From Marine Group II euryarchaeote MED-G38 (GTDB lineage: Archaea; Thermoplasmatota; Poseidoniia; Poseidoniales; Thalassarchaeaceae): DNA of 64,000 nucleotides. The stretch is taken from NCBI GenBank assembly GCA_002457145.1, contig NTJP01000009.1, positions 3,216 to 67,215 of the forward strand, read 5' to 3'. Both the position numbers and the translations under genes were made by a program. Under the pieces are notes generated by a model that worked only from the letters and a program-made list of their open reading frames with translations, was not told where the DNA came from and searched no databases. The first letter of the stretch is position 1. Each line of letters opens with the position of its first letter. Below are positions 52,986-61,797 of the stretch, one piece after another.

Positions 52986-53102
52986 ATCTATCCCATTACT
53001 TCGGGACTAGTACACATTGTTAACTTCTCGCCACCGCCCATCAGGCTATTTTCAAACGAATCATTAAAATCTAAGGTGGTGGGGCCCGCCAACGAAAGTA
53101 AC

Positions 53103-53609
53103 ATGTCAGACGGTGACTTTTTCGAATTTAGCATAGCCCATGATAGAAGATATAGTCTCGAACATCTATGGATACAGGTCTTAGATGAAAAGAAAGAAGA
53201 GGATATGACTGTAAAAATAGGTCTAAGTGAATTTATTAGAGCTGATTATGGCGATATAATAAGAGTTGTATTGGCAAAACCTGAGGATGATAGTGAATTT
53301 AAAACCGATTCTGACGAAGAAGAGGCAGTACCTGATGATGATGCTGATGCAACTCCAATTACAAGTGGAGACGAATTGGGAACGGATGATTTGATGATAA
53401 CGGTCAGAACAGCAAACGAGAGATTACTAATTAACGCCCCATTTCCCTGTAAAATTATTGAACTGAATGGTGATGTTGAAGATAGTCCAGATTTAGTAAA
53501 TGATGACGCATATGGAGATGGTTGGTGTTTAATCGTAAAACCTCATGAATTCGATAATGATATGTACTTAAATCTAAATGAATACATTGAATATCTTAAC
53601 GAACTATAA
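53103..53609 (+). CDS. Glycine-cleavage H-protein-like protein lacking the lipoyl-lysine, with acidic insertion
   Basis: Trimmed to the ATG at 53103. 'YSLEHLWIQV', 'IGLSEF..DYGDII' and 'DSPDLVNDDAYGDGWCLIVK' align with GcvH. The region equivalent to ESVKA reads 'ITVRTANE', with no Lys. Confidence 0.6.
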   Translation: MSDGDFFEFSIAHDRRYSLEHLWIQVLDEKKEEDMTVKIGLSEFIRADYGDIIRVVLAKPEDDSEFKTDSDEEEAVPDDDADATPITSGDELGTDDLMITVRTANERLLINAPFPCKIIELNGDVEDSPDLVNDDAYGDGWCLIVKPHEFDNDMYLNLNEYIEYLNEL

Positions 53610-54860
53610 TCATGGCCATGATAAAGCAGACCATTCTTCTGGATCTGAATTTTGCCAATCAATTTCGTTGAGTAATTCTAACACATCTTGAGTTTCTTCT
53701 AAATCCATTTCAATTTGTTTTCTGTGTAACCACCCCTTTAATCTTCCAAGTCTAATATCAGGTTCTAAACCAGTAGCCTGAATTAAAATATCTCCATTGA
53801 CTAATGGATTATTGCCTACTTTTAATGGTTCCAATTTATCAATTATTTTTTCAACATCGTATGTATCTATATTTTGACCTCGCAAGTATCTAAACAGAGA
53901 ATCTTTTTGTTCCGCCGATAATGAAGCCCTAAATCTTCTAATTTCACATATATCTCTACTATCGGGTATCTTAATGCCATTATTATGCAAAAAAATAATC
54001 ATTTCCTTTTCTCTATTGCTGATTTTTAATTTATTCTGAATATATTTCGATAATGCCACTCCATCGCCTTTATATTTTTTACAAATTAACGCTACATTAA
54101 CGATATATTCATTGGATAGAATAACTCCGAGATCTATTTCTATATTATCAAAAATTCTTTCTAGGACTCCTAATTCATTCATCTTTTCAAGTATTTTCAT
54201 ATTATTATCCGATATCATTATTTTCTTTAATTCTTGATTTATTCTCTCTTTAGAGACATTATTTATCATGCTAACATTATTTATTATTCCATCTTTTAAT
54301 TCAGAATCAAACTCCATTATTTGATTTTTTTTCAGCCCAATAAAGCGAAAAGCCCGCATAATCCTCAAACTATCTTCTTTTATTCTTTCATCGGCATTGC
54401 CTACACATCTTAATATATTATTTTCAAGATCCGAAACTCCTCCATAATTATCAATTAATTTATCATATTCGTCCAGTGCCATTGCATTAATTGTAAAATC
54501 TCTTCTTGAAATATCATCCTCTATCTCAACTCCAAATCTTACATTTTCTGGCCTTCTTCCATCAACATAAACGCCATCACTTCTTAGAGTTGTTACTTCT
54601 ACTTCCTTTGAATTACCACTAGTCCTTACTTTGACAGTTCCAAATTTTTCACCTACCATAATAGAACGGGGAAAAATTTCTAAAATCTCTTTTGGTAGAA
54701 GATTGGTTGCAATATCTACATCTCCAGTATTTATGCCCAAGACCAGATCTCTAATCCAACCCCCTACAATCCAGGCCCTACCTCTTTCTCTTATCTTCTC
54801 AATGATTTGTTTAGTTTCATTATCCAGATGCGTTTGTGACACTTCCGGAAGGCGCTTCAT
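53610..54860 (-). CDS. cca: Class II tRNA nucleotidyltransferase (CCA-adding enzyme / poly(A) polymerase family)
   Basis: 416 aa. 'GGWIRDLVLG..GDVDIAT', 'TTLRSDG...RRP', 'RRDFTINAMA', 'EDSLRIMRAFRF' class II motifs A-E. Confidence 0.85.
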   Translation of the reverse strand: MKRLPEVSQTHLDNETKQIIEKIRERGRAWIVGGWIRDLVLGINTGDVDIATNLLPKEILEIFPRSIMVGEKFGTVKVRTSGNSKEVEVTTLRSDGVYVDGRRPENVRFGVEIEDDISRRDFTINAMALDEYDKLIDNYGGVSDLENNILRCVGNADERIKEDSLRIMRAFRFIGLKKNQIMEFDSELKDGIINNVSMINNVSKERINQELKKIMISDNNMKILEKMNELGVLERIFDNIEIDLGVILSNEYIVNVALICKKYKGDGVALSKYIQNKLKISNREKEMIIFLHNNGIKIPDSRDICEIRRFRASLSAEQKDSLFRYLRGQNIDTYDVEKIIDKLEPLKVGNNPLVNGDILIQATGLEPDIRLGRLKGWLHRKQIEMDLEETQDVLELLNEIDWQNSDPEEWSALSWP

Positions 54861-54934
54861 GAATGTCCCTGTTGTATCTCATGAATGATTGCTTCGGCAG
54901 ACAGTTATATTGAGAAGTATGTTTTGCGAGTAAC

Positions 54935-55345
54935 ATGAAAGTCGAACTAATACCACTGGAATTACTACTCCCTCATGAAGAAATTATTCCTAGTAAAGTA
55001 ATTCAACTGGAAAAAATGACTATAAGATGGAATGCATATGTTCTCCCACTTGTAGTTGACAAGATTACTGGAACTATACTCGATGGGCATCACCGGTATA
55101 ATGTAGCAAAGAAATTAGATTTACAATGTCTTCCATGTGTATTAGTTGATTATTTATCAGATGATTCTATAGAATTAGATATTTGGCCTAAATCAGGAAG
55201 AAAATCATTATCTAAATCTGAGGTCATACAAGCTGGAATATCTGGTATTCTATTCCCGCCAAAAACTAGTAGACATAGATTACCAGACCACCTACCTCCT
55301 ATCTCAATTCCCCTTTCTAGGTTAATGTTCCCTGCATTGAGATAA
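54935..55345 (+). CDS. ParB/sulfiredoxin-like N-terminal domain protein
   Basis: 136 aa. 'ILDGHHRYNVAKKL' core motif of the ParB-like nuclease domain. Confidence 0.6.
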   Translation: MKVELIPLELLLPHEEIIPSKVIQLEKMTIRWNAYVLPLVVDKITGTILDGHHRYNVAKKLDLQCLPCVLVDYLSDDSIELDIWPKSGRKSLSKSEVIQAGISGILFPPKTSRHRLPDHLPPISIPLSRLMFPALR

Positions 55346-55351
55346 ATTAAC

Positions 55352-56392
55352 CTAATATTCTTCCAATAGTTCTTTAGATATTGTGGATAATATCAAATTT
55401 TCTGAAATAGAAATTTCCTTTATTATTTTAAGTGTTTTTTCATCAATTGGTCTGCCTACTAAATCCTCAATCAATCTTGCCATCATATCTTCATTTCTTT
55501 CCGATTTAGATAAAATTTTATTCCTTATTTCTGTAGCCAAGGGTTCTCTGCTACCTCTTAATAGTCTTGTTACAAATAAATCACTTGATTTTTTTTCCAT
55601 ATGTTCCGTCAAACCTTTTATTTTCCACCAATTTATCTCTCTAAGAGTTGAAATCAATGAATCAATAATTTCAATTGATTCAGATTCACTCCATAAAATA
55701 ACCATTTCTTCAATTTTTGGATTCTCTAAGGATTTCTTTGCTAGGATCTTTATTACAGTATTTATTTCTTTTTTTGTATTTTCTGAAGCGATATTTAGTA
55801 AATGATTATCAAAAATATTCATTCTACAAAGCCTTGAATCTTTTCTAATAATCTCCAGTGCTGCATTTCTGACTGAATATGATTGGTCATTTAATGCAGA
55901 AATTATTATATCAACATTTATTTCATCCATTTCAGTTATCTTATTTATTGTAATTTTTCTAATTTCTTTATCATTTGAGTTGAAACCTTCTAATATCATT
56001 ACATCAATTTGTTCACTATTCAATTCAAATTTTGACTCCCATCCAGATATTCTGACTGCCAAAACCTCATCTAAACATAACTTACTAATTATATCTATTT
56101 TTTCTTTACCTAGTCTCAATGATATTTTGGATGCTAAAACACGTTGTTCATTATATTTTGAATTTGATAGCTTATTGACTATCTTCGAATCATTCTTTCC
56201 GGCCCATTTCGTTACTGCCTCCATTGCTTTTTCTCTATACCATGAGTCATTATCATCCAATAAGGGTGAAAAACTGACTAAATTATTTGAATCATTTATT
56301 TCAAATAACTTCCTAACAGCACGCCTTCTCTGCCTTTCATCTTTATGATTGAGGCGCAATGTTGCAGGATGTCTCATAAATATCCCTACCAT
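55352..56392 (-). CDS. HEAT/armadillo-like repeat protein
   Basis: 346 aa, all-helical, with repeated about 30-aa units ('D..W.VR..A...'). Assignment by pattern only. Confidence 0.5.
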   Translation of the reverse strand: MVGIFMRHPATLRLNHKDERQRRRAVRKLFEINDSNNLVSFSPLLDDNDSWYREKAMEAVTKWAGKNDSKIVNKLSNSKYNEQRVLASKISLRLGKEKIDIISKLCLDEVLAVRISGWESKFELNSEQIDVMILEGFNSNDKEIRKITINKITEMDEINVDIIISALNDQSYSVRNAALEIIRKDSRLCRMNIFDNHLLNIASENTKKEINTVIKILAKKSLENPKIEEMVILWSESESIEIIDSLISTLREINWWKIKGLTEHMEKKSSDLFVTRLLRGSREPLATEIRNKILSKSERNEDMMARLIEDLVGRPIDEKTLKIIKEISISENLILSTISKELLEEY

Positions 56393-56421
56393 ATATCGAT
56401 GATGAACACTTCGATTAGTAA

Positions 56422-57408
56422 TTATGGAATTAAGTCTTCATGCCCGCCTGTGTTGGAATAATATTCACTATTGATCGACTCTATATTACCAATATCCAAT
56501 CCATCTATTCCAGTTAAAATAGGCCATAACGGGCCCAACCATTCCATCTCTGCTAACAATAACTCCATTACTGGATTCTCTAGAATTTCTTCTTCACTAG
56601 AATATTCATCAACTATTGGTATTCCTGGCGGGAGATTTTTTAGTGACCAAATTAAATTATTTATTCTATTCAACGAGTCTTCTTCAATTTCTATAACTTC
56701 AAGAATTAATTCTAATGCACTTTCCATATGCTCAACTAGATTTTCTGGTTCTAAAAGATTTTTTTCTAAATCTCCAATATCCAAAGGACCAAAAACAACT
56801 CCTCCTAAGTCAGTATCTACCCATTCATCACCAAATTTCTCCTTCTTAATCAATCTCTGATGAATAATACTTCCTATTGGGCCAAGAATAAAACCATCTT
56901 CCTTAACTTTAAATTTTATTTCTGAAGGAACCTTTTTCATAAATCCTGTAATTAATACTCTATCATAATAATTGTCATTTACATTCTCTAAATCACTTGG
57001 CTTATTTACTAAAATCTCAGCTGAATGGAAATAATCTTTTATTCTATTTTCTGTATAGTCTCTTACTTCTTTGTGAGGCTCTATTATTGTTATTTTACCA
57101 TTTTTACCAACTAAATTACCTAACAATGCTGATAAATATCCTCCCTTTGCACCCATTAGAAGTATAGAATAATTCTTTTTTATTTCTAGATGATGAAGCA
57201 TTGTAATTATCATGTGTGGTGCAGATATCGTCTTTGATATTCCTGATTCGGTAATTAGGAATGGTACAGGATTATCGCTCCAAAAAAGATCCAAATCATG
57301 GTCAGTAAATTGTGCTGGATTAATCTCATTCATTGCTCTTTTTATATCCTTAGAGACTAATAGGCCAGATTTCTCTAAATCTTCAAGTAATTTCATCATC
57401 GACTCCAT
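56422..57408 (-). CDS. pcm: Protein-L-isoaspartate O-methyltransferase-like protein with C-terminal extension
   Basis: 328 aa. 'ISAPHMIITMLHHLEI' PIMT pre-motif. Motif I reads 'LLMGAKGGYLSALL' instead of the usual GTGSGY. About 120 extra acidic C-terminal residues. Confidence 0.6.
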   Translation of the reverse strand: MESMMKLLEDLEKSGLLVSKDIKRAMNEINPAQFTDHDLDLFWSDNPVPFLITESGISKTISAPHMIITMLHHLEIKKNYSILLMGAKGGYLSALLGNLVGKNGKITIIEPHKEVRDYTENRIKDYFHSAEILVNKPSDLENVNDNYYDRVLITGFMKKVPSEIKFKVKEDGFILGPIGSIIHQRLIKKEKFGDEWVDTDLGGVVFGPLDIGDLEKNLLEPENLVEHMESALELILEVIEIEEDSLNRINNLIWSLKNLPPGIPIVDEYSSEEEILENPVMELLLAEMEWLGPLWPILTGIDGLDIGNIESINSEYYSNTGGHEDLIP

Positions 57409-57475
57409 GTGAATCCTCTATTAAGACGGTTACACTACAGAGGCTTTGAATACATTGCTCCCCTGCTCTCTCTCA

Positions 57476-57551
57476 GGGTCCGTGGTCTAGGGGTTATGAC
57501 GTTGCTCTTACAAAGCGAAGATCGCAGGTTCAATTCCTGCCGGACCCACCA
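57476..57551 (+). tRNA. tRNA-Val (anticodon UAC), CCA encoded
   Basis: Hand fold: acceptor GGGTCCG/CGGACCC, anticodon stem TTGCT/AGCGA with loop CTTACAA, T-arm GCAGG-TTCAATT-CCTGC, discriminator A + CCA. Confidence 0.9.
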
Positions 57552-57552
57552 C

Positions 57553-57583
57553 TTTTCCATCCATTTTTGTATATATTTTTTTT
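57553..57583 (+). terminator. Oligo-T tract cluster downstream of tRNA-Val (archaeal-type terminator)
   Basis: T4, T5 and T8 runs within 32 nt immediately after the tRNA 3' end. Confidence 0.5.
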
Positions 57584-57641
57584 ATTGAATATTTCATTTA
57601 ATTAATGAAAAGGTCATTAATGAAGATGCAATCGACAAGTC

Positions 57642-58343
57642 GTGGTTGAACAGACTGCTGCTCTAGCTGCCCGTCTCTCTAGGAGATTGAAAAAAAGAAA
57701 ATGGACCATTTCAACTGCCGAATCTTGTACTGGTGGACTAATAGCCTCTATCTTAACAGATATGTCGGGTGCAAGTCGATGGTTTAACCAAGGGTGGATT
57801 GTTTATTCCAATGAATCCAAGACTCAACAATTAGGTGTCGATGAATCTTATTTCTTAGAAGGAAATGTAGGTACTGTTTCTCATGAAGTTGCAATAGGAT
57901 TGGCCAGAGGTGCACGATATAAATCAAATTCTGATGTCTCTATAGGTATCACTGGTATAGCGGGGCCTACAGGAGCATCTGAAAATAAAGAAGTAGGAAG
58001 GGTACATGTTGCAATTATAGCCAAGGATTATTTCCTAGTTAGAAGAATGGATTTTGGAGATAATGATCGTTTGGATAATAAAAAATCTTTTGCTTCTTTC
58101 GCTTTAGGTTTAGCTTTAGAAGCATTAGATAAAGTTGATTCAAAAGATTCTGAAACAAAGAAAATTTCTAAGAAAAAGGATATTACAATACCGTCAAAAG
58201 AAATTGATATTTCTTCATTAGATTCTCTCTCAAAAGAATGGGAAGGAAAATTATCTTGGAAATCAAATAAGAAAACAGTAGTTCAAGATATATCTAAAAT
58301 AGATCTCGCTTCATCTACAGATTGGAACCAAGAAACCGATTAA
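57642..58343 (+). CDS. pncC: CinA-family nicotinamide-nucleotide amidohydrolase (PncC domain) with Lys/Ser-rich C-terminal extension
   Basis: 233 aa, GTG start. 'STAESCTGGLIASILTDMSGASRWF..G.IVYSNESK...LGV', 'GITGIAGP'. Confidence 0.8.
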   Translation: MVEQTAALAARLSRRLKKRKWTISTAESCTGGLIASILTDMSGASRWFNQGWIVYSNESKTQQLGVDESYFLEGNVGTVSHEVAIGLARGARYKSNSDVSIGITGIAGPTGASENKEVGRVHVAIIAKDYFLVRRMDFGDNDRLDNKKSFASFALGLALEALDKVDSKDSETKKISKKKDITIPSKEIDISSLDSLSKEWEGKLSWKSNKKTVVQDISKIDLASSTDWNQETD

Positions 58344-58367
58344 TTATCAAATTAGATAGATATTATC

Positions 58368-60011
58368 ATGAGCGTTACTATCTGTGGCTTTTACATGGTT
58401 TCTGAAAACTGGGCAGTTAGATACCGCGAACTCACCAACGCGGGATTAATTGTACTAGGCAGTGATGCCAAAGAAAAAATAGAATCCTTATCAAGTATTC
58501 TTCCAATTTTAGAAGCTGCAAGATCTTCTGATGTTAAATTATTGGACTCTAAAACAATTGATGATTTACTGACTTTAGTACCTAATAATCTTAATGATTT
58601 ACCAATTAATGTAAATGATAATATTGGCCAATATACACTACCAAAAAAAGGTAATGAATCTCCCATTGGGAGGATTATAGCCGCTCCACAACCAGAATTA
58701 GAGATCGCCCCTCGTCCGCATGGATTGGAATATTATGATATGATGGATTTTCCGATGGAAGCAAAAGATGTTGATTCAGAAATTGATATTCATTTTGACA
58801 TAACTGGTAAATCAATTACTGAGGGCACCATGTCAGATATTCAAAGTTGTTTTAATAGCCGTTTAAAAAAAATTCGCAATCTCATGAAATCTAGTGGTAT
58901 CCTAACTAGAAAACCTACATCTATTTCAGAAGCCTGGAGAAATAGGCAGAGATATTCTTCAAAGGATTATGAAATAACTTTAGTAGGCCTTGCTGGAGGG
59001 ACACGCTGGGCCCGTAGTGGTAACTTAAATTTTGATATAGAAGATGAAACCGGAAAACAACTCTGCACTCTAAAACCTCCATCTGATGCATCACCAATTC
59101 ACGCATCTATGGATGGTTTGATGGATGATGAAGTAATCGGAGTTACAGGTTATTTTTATGGTGACAGAGATCCAATGTTTGTAGTTCAAGATATCCATAA
59201 ACCACCACTGGAAAATCATATCAAAAATCCTGCAGGAGAGGACAGGGCGGTTTCTGCAGCATTTTTATCAGATATTCACTTAGGAAGTAAAACATTTCTA
59301 CAATCTCCATGGAAAAAAATGATTAGTTGGTTCAAGAATGATCCATTAGCACGTACTGTAAAATATTTTGTATTGAGTGGTGACGGTGTTGATGGTGTTG
59401 GAATTTACCCAGGTCAAGATAGACATTTAGCAATCAAGGATTTATTCAAACAATATTCTGAATTAGCACGCTTATTAGAAGAAATTCCAGATTGGGTAGA
59501 TGTCATAATATTACCGGGCAACCATGATGCTGTAAGGCCCGCGGAGCCTCAACCATCATTAGATCCAGAAATTCAACAAGATTATTCTGATACTGTTTTT
59601 GTAGGTAATCCTTGTGATTTTAGTTTACACAATGTTAGGGTCCTATCCTACCACGGGAAGAGTATAGATGATTTTGTAGCAACGTTGAGATCAGTTTCCT
59701 ACGATAAACCCGAAATAGCGATGAAAGCTATGTTAGAAAGAAGACATTTGGCCCCTTCTTGGGGAAACAAAACTCCACTGTCTCCTGAGCCAGAAGATAA
59801 TATGGTAATCCATGATGTTCCAGATATATTCGTTACAGGTCATGTTCATGGCCATTACATAGGAAATCACAAAGGAGTGACTCTACTACATAGTTCTACT
59901 TGGCAAGATCAAACCGATTTCCAAAGAATGCTAGGATTTCAGCCAAAACCATGTATTCTTTCTGTTGTCAATTTACATACTTTTGCTACGGCATCAATTC
60001 CATTTGTATGA
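58368..60011 (+). CDS. DNA polymerase II (PolD) small subunit DP1
   Basis: 547 aa. Calcineurin-like phosphoesterase motifs 'FLSDIHLGS', 'LSGDGVDG', 'LPGNHDA', 'GHVHG'. OB-fold middle region. The start could be the Met at 58395. Confidence 0.85.
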   Translation: MSVTICGFYMVSENWAVRYRELTNAGLIVLGSDAKEKIESLSSILPILEAARSSDVKLLDSKTIDDLLTLVPNNLNDLPINVNDNIGQYTLPKKGNESPIGRIIAAPQPELEIAPRPHGLEYYDMMDFPMEAKDVDSEIDIHFDITGKSITEGTMSDIQSCFNSRLKKIRNLMKSSGILTRKPTSISEAWRNRQRYSSKDYEITLVGLAGGTRWARSGNLNFDIEDETGKQLCTLKPPSDASPIHASMDGLMDDEVIGVTGYFYGDRDPMFVVQDIHKPPLENHIKNPAGEDRAVSAAFLSDIHLGSKTFLQSPWKKMISWFKNDPLARTVKYFVLSGDGVDGVGIYPGQDRHLAIKDLFKQYSELARLLEEIPDWVDVIILPGNHDAVRPAEPQPSLDPEIQQDYSDTVFVGNPCDFSLHNVRVLSYHGKSIDDFVATLRSVSYDKPEIAMKAMLERRHLAPSWGNKTPLSPEPEDNMVIHDVPDIFVTGHVHGHYIGNHKGVTLLHSSTWQDQTDFQRMLGFQPKPCILSVVNLHTFATASIPFV

Positions 60012-60683
60012 TTATTGAAGTTTCTCGCCATCAAATATTATTGGCCATAATTCTCTTAAATCACGTTTTTCTACAATAGGAACATTTGCCCTTTTGAATT
60101 CTTCAATCGCTCTTTCTCTAGCTGGATTAAAACCTATAAATTTGGACTCGCCAACCTTCATAGATAAATCAGTACTAGAATCTCCAACCGAGATGACGTT
60201 GACAGGATTTAAATCATTAATTCTAATTAACTTTTCAACCATTATTCCCTTGTTATGTGAATATACTTTAGTTGGGGCGCCTTTGGTAAGAAATCCTTCT
60301 TCATCCCATTCAAAACCATTCGCAGCCCAATCATCAACTTTCAGCATATTTGCAATTGTCCCTATTAGAAGATCGACGCCCGATGAGACAATTGCGACAA
60401 AAATCCCTTTTGATTGTAATTTACCTATTACTTCTCTGGCGCCAGGCATTAATTTAACACCTGCATAGCATCTCATTATATCGTCCATATGAATTTTAGA
60501 CTGTACCTTTTTCCATTCTTCTACATCATGATTAACAAATTCTTCCTCTGTGATTTCTTTATTTAGGAACTTCTCTAACATTTCTTCATTTCTTGTTCCA
60601 AAATATTCGTGTATTGCCCACCATGATGATATATTATCTATCAAAACTCCATCGCAATCGAATACTACTGCTTCTACTGGCAT
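60012..60683 (-). CDS. HAD-superfamily hydrolase (phosphoserine phosphatase-like, subfamily IB)
   Basis: 223 aa. 'VVFDCDGVLID' motif I, 'VSSG' motif II, 'VGDSSTD' motif IV. Confidence 0.7.
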   Translation of the reverse strand: MPVEAVVFDCDGVLIDNISSWWAIHEYFGTRNEEMLEKFLNKEITEEEFVNHDVEEWKKVQSKIHMDDIMRCYAGVKLMPGAREVIGKLQSKGIFVAIVSSGVDLLIGTIANMLKVDDWAANGFEWDEEGFLTKGAPTKVYSHNKGIMVEKLIRINDLNPVNVISVGDSSTDLSMKVGESKFIGFNPARERAIEEFKRANVPIVEKRDLRELWPIIFDGEKLQ

Positions 60684-60783
60684 AATTCTCAGTTACTCGT
60701 ACAATAGGTCATTAATTAATAATAGGTGATTTCATCAATAACAATCACTTCGCTCATTCATGATTAATGAAGATGCAGATATC

Positions 60784-61026
60784 ATGGCAATAAAAATAAG
60801 ATTATTATTTTTTGGACCTTTAGCCGAAACAATGGGGCAAAGAGAAATTGAGGTAGCTTTGAATAAAGGAACTTCAATTATGCAATTATTGAAGAGATTT
60901 CAATTATCAGATATAGTAAACAATGGGACAAAGGTAGCAATAAATGGTGAAATAAATGACAATTTTGACTTTATTTTAATGGATTCTTCTGAAGTCGCAT
61001 TTCTTCCTCCTTTTTCCGGTGGTTAA
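60784..61026 (+). CDS. moaD: MoaD/ThiS-family ubiquitin-like sulfur carrier (SAMP-like), C-terminal Gly-Gly
   Basis: 'MAIKIRLLFFGPLAE....EVAFLPPFSGG*', 80 aa. The track ORF begins 8 codons upstream at 60760. Confidence 0.7.
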   Translation: MAIKIRLLFFGPLAETMGQREIEVALNKGTSIMQLLKRFQLSDIVNNGTKVAINGEINDNFDFILMDSSEVAFLPPFSGG

Positions 61027-61079
61027 TATCCTGCTTCCGAAGCATTTGAAGGACAGTACCTCTTCCTATCCTTGTTATT

Positions 61080-61298
61080 ATGGCACTCGGAAGCACAGAA
61101 TTGATAATTTTATTTGCAGTTGGAATATTTCTTTTTGGAGCAAAAAGGTTACCTGAACTTGCTAGGAATGCAGGCCGAGCAAAGGGCGAATTTCAACAAG
61201 GATTAAGGGATGTTTCTCAACCATCCAAAGCAGAAATAGATATGGATAGGGGCGGAGTTTCTGAAGAAGTTGCAAATTCCGTAAACCAGGAAGAATGA
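61080..61298 (+). CDS. tatA: Twin-arginine translocase subunit TatA/E
   Basis: 72 aa. 'ELIILFAVGIFLFGAKRLPELARNAGRAKGEF' is the canonical TatA TM plus amphipathic helix. Confidence 0.85.
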   Translation: MALGSTELIILFAVGIFLFGAKRLPELARNAGRAKGEFQQGLRDVSQPSKAEIDMDRGGVSEEVANSVNQEE

Positions 61299-61299
61299 A

Positions 61300-61797
61300 T
61301 TACTTTTTTTTCCTACTTTTCAATTTTGATCCACAAACGACGCATTCGCCTAGATATTCTTTCTTTGCCGTAGGTTCATTTGGCATCTTACTTATAATTT
61401 TACAACCAATACATACAACTTCCCACTCCCAAATTTCTCTTATACCATCGGTATTTACAGATCTCCATTTTATTTCAGAATATTCTGCTAAATTTTGCAT
61501 TCTATAATCATCTGTGATTAATGTATAATTATTCTTCATTGCAAGCGCGAGAATTTCTATATCTGTCCGAGATAGTCCAGTAATATCTCCAGTTTTTTTA
61601 GAAATTTGAATTATTTTTTCAATACTTTCATCATCAGGATCTTCCCAATTTATTCCAATAGCATCTATTATTTCCAACCTATCAGGATAATTATTCATCA
61701 ATTCATTTCTTTGTCGAGGACTAGCTAAACTTCCAAATAATCTCTCAAGAGGCCATGAAATCAAAGCCGAAGTATCTACTACCTCTCCTGCTACCAC
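61300..61797 (-). CDS. nob1: PIN-domain endonuclease with C-terminal zinc ribbon (archaeal Nob1-like)
   Basis: 165 aa, GTG start. 'VVDTSALI' PIN acidic motif, 'LITDDYRMQN', ribbon 'CIGCK...CVVCGSKL'. Confidence 0.65.
   Translation of the reverse strand: MVAGEVVDTSALISWPLERLFGSLASPRQRNELMNNYPDRLEIIDAIGINWEDPDDESIEKIIQISKKTGDITGLSRTDIEILALAMKNNYTLITDDYRMQNLAEYSEIKWRSVNTDGIREIWEWEVVCIGCKIISKMPNEPTAKKEYLGECVVCGSKLKSRKKK

Noticed and set aside
55383-55805. Long antisense ORFs inside confirmed genes (55383..55805, 56471..56860, 9730..10122, 23962..24354, 60094..60468, 28586..28954, 18697..19065, 35827..36186, 41464..41808)
   Set aside because: All are fully embedded opposite genes with clear homology. 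Their products are low-complexity Ser/Ile/Leu-rich strings with no motifs. Open antisense frames of this kind arise from codon bias, and there is no independent support for overprinted genes.
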